Source: Neocallimastix sp. 'constans' (lineage: Eukaryota). From it: DNA of 64,000 nt. How positions within the stretch are numbered: the stretch's first letter is position 1; every line of letters starts with the position of its first letter. A program made the position numbers and the translations under genes. Of the stretch, positions 60,963 through 64,000 are shown piece by piece. Below the pieces are notes generated by a model that did no database searches, was not told the origin of the DNA, and worked only from the letters and a program-made list of their open reading frames with translations. The stretch lies in the NCBI GenBank assembly GCA_050613775.1, contig JBODTK010000015.1:124001-188000 (forward strand), read 5' to 3'.

Positions 60963-61015
60963 GATTTTAATATTTCCTTCAATTATATTATAACTATTAT
61001 AATTATATTAATAAA

Positions 61016-61046
<31 letters not shown>

Positions 61047-61054
61047 CTGTTATA

Positions 61055-61264
<210 letters not shown>

Positions 61265-61779
61265 TTTGTTAAATTTTTATTAGTATCATAACAAATATTA
61301 TTTTATTATTTTATTATTTTATTTATGAAATAATTATTAATATAATATATTTATTTAATATATTAATATTATTTGAATTGTTACGGAAGAATTATGCAAT
61401 GTGAGAAAAAAAAAAAAAAAAAATAAAGGAAGAAAAATAATTTTTAAAAATAATAATATTAATTTGAATAAATGAAATAAATATATATTAAATATATATA
61501 TATATATATATATATTTATTTTTTTTTTTTTTATTTATTTAAAATTTTTAAAATTTAGGATCAATAAACTGTATTTTTATAAATTTTAATAGTTTTATTT
61601 TTTTTAATTTTTATTTATCCCATTTAATAATAATATATGAAATATTGAAATATAAATTTTTATATTTTAAGCTATTACGTTTTGTATGTGATATTATGTA
61701 CATTATAGGTAAGTCAGAAATTTACAGAATATTTAATTATATAATAGCATAATTATTAAATTATTATTAATTTTAAATA

Positions 61780-62280
61780 TAATAACCGTTATTCCTAACT
61801 CTTCTCCTAAAGTATTTCTTCATGCTTTCACATCAGTTTGGTAGATTTCATAGTCATATTTTATTGATAAAGTAGTAAGAATTCTAAGTGATTCTTGTCT
61901 CAATGTCGGTGTATAGGTTTCATTGATATCTATTTCATGTTTCTGAGTGAAACCGTCTGCAACCAGCTTTTACTTTTTTTCCTCTTATTTATATGTGATA
62001 TCTGAAATATATACTTATATCCGAATACCATTTTTTGGACATTACTACATTTGCTTCTTTTGATGTTTTTTTTTTTTTTTTTTTTAAGATTTTTGGTGCG
62101 ATTTTGAATTTTTTTTTTTTTGATTTTTTGATAGATTAATTTACTTTATCATAAAATTAACTTTACTTGTCCGGGAAAGTTATTATTAATAATAGATCCT
62201 AGGGGGGGGGGGAAGGTAAAGCTATGAAGACGATTTATACCTATTTTAAGGCGAAATCCCCCCTTAAAAAAACTTTAGAA

Positions 62281-62326
<46 letters not shown>

Positions 62327-64000
62327 GTATGAAAAAACCTATAGAACGATTGACAATTAGTTTGATAATATTCCATATTTATCACATTTATTAAAAATGT
62401 CATTAATGAACCTTTTTTTTTTTTAAAATGTGGTATGGAAAAACCTAGAACAGTTAACAATTGACTTAATAATATTCCATATTTTCACATTTATTAAAAA
62501 TGTCATTAATGAACAAGATAAATAAAATTGGTGAAAGGGGGGGAAGGACAACCTTGACGAGCACGTTTCTTAATAACTAAATAATTCTGATAATTGTCCC
62601 CATCAATTCTTATACAAGTCTTGGAAGATAAGATTGATTAATATATTTTTGCATTCTTTTTTTTTTTTTTTTTTTTTATTTTTTTACCCATTTTTTATGC
62701 TATCCTACTATCCTTTTCAAGAACTAACGAACATTTAATTTTAATCCAATATAAATATTCTTTTATTTTTATTTTTATTTTTTTTTTTCAAAAATTTCGT
62801 TAATATTTTTTATGAATTGATTCACGTAGTCTGTTATGTGAGTCAACTATTTTTAGAAAATTCATCGGAATCATTTGCAGAAACATAATGTTTAATTTGG
62901 TTTGTATTTAATATGTTTTTACTTTTTTAAAGACAATAAATTTTTACGGGGACAATCTAAATATCACTTTTTCTGATTTCTGTTGAAGAAGTCATCAATA
63001 AATTCTTAGCCATGGAATTAGTAGTGTTAATGAACTTTTTTTCAATTACATAATCTATTGAAAGTTCTTCATTTCCTAATTCTTCACTAAGAATTTCAAA
63101 TTTATATTGTGATGACATATTTCTTTCTTTTGTTCAAGACATTTATACCTATCCCATCTTACAAATTTTTTTTTTTGGTAACAAAAATGATTCATCTGTA
63201 GTAATTTTCTTACAATAAACAATGAGAGGTTTATGATCAGATACAGAAGGATAATCAACAAAATAAGCCCTTGATATTTTATCCAGCATTACTTGAATTG
63301 ACGAAAGCATGATCAATATCTGATGAATAGCTACCTCTTGTCCATGAAATAAGTGAACCATTAATCTGAAGATTAAACCAGTTATCAAGGTTACTATTAG
63401 ATAATTTATCTTGTAAGTCAGAGGTACTCATGTTAAAGTCTCCAAGAAGAATAGATGGACGATTAATGTGATTCCGGAAGCCAATGTGAAAACTTCTGAA
63501 AATGCCTATCGAACTTGTAATGAGTATTTCTTAGTGGGGAATATAGATATTACCTACAGAAAAACACTTAGAGTGATTCCATAGACTATATGTTATTAAA
63601 GAAACAAGATAAGTGTAGGAATTATCTTCAAGTACTGCTTGACATGAGACATGATACCCAAGATATAAACTTCTGAAACCTGATGTAGTTGGATCCATTC
63701 TTTTTTTTTTTTTTTGGAAATATTTATATAGTTGGGAAGTGTTACTTTACATGGATTTCTAGCATCAATGGTACCATTACCTGTTTCCTGAATATATAGG
63801 AATAATGGTTTAAAAATGGTGTTGGAGTACTCAATACTATCTCTTTTCACAAATTTCCGATCCATCCATTGGTATTCCGACTAAAACAAAAAAGAAAACT
63901 TTCCTGTGTTAGATGGTGAAATTGGATTTTGAGAATTAAGATTAGGAATATTGGGGAGCATTGAGTTCATGATTGCCATTATTATTAACATTTACTAAAT
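61780..64000 (-). mobile_element. Second decayed LINE of the same family as 20286-24900, internally deleted and running off the window end
   Basis: LLGDFN, VDYPSVSDHKPL, FVRWDRYKC, RQGCP; 62750-64000 is collinear with about 23250-24460. Confidence 0.85.

Overview
Extremely AT-rich eukaryotic DNA with GT-AG introns, long homopolymers and microsatellites. The composition and a solute-binding-protein/7TM receptor fusion suggest an anaerobic gut fungus (Neocallimastigomycota); this is inference. About two thirds of the window is nested transposable elements: a decayed Ty3/Gypsy element with a -1 frameshift signal, two inverted copies of a non-autonomous LTR element carrying one orphan ORF, a MULE, two LINE remnants, two Copia remnants, a nearly intact chromovirus interrupted by a solo LTR, further LTRs and MITEs. 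Host genes are a 4-exon PHO80/Pcl-type cyclin, a 5-exon SBP-7TM receptor with an inverted pseudogene copy, and a tandem pair of intronless 4-TM genes. The best candidate for an undescribed system is the 4-TM pair, which from memory resembles bacterial CBASS-associated membrane effectors. Other candidates are the orphan-ORF LTR element and the chromovirus LTR, which has a Tf1-like self-priming signal and tRNA-like A/B boxes. All family calls come from motif recognition by eye; no searches were run.
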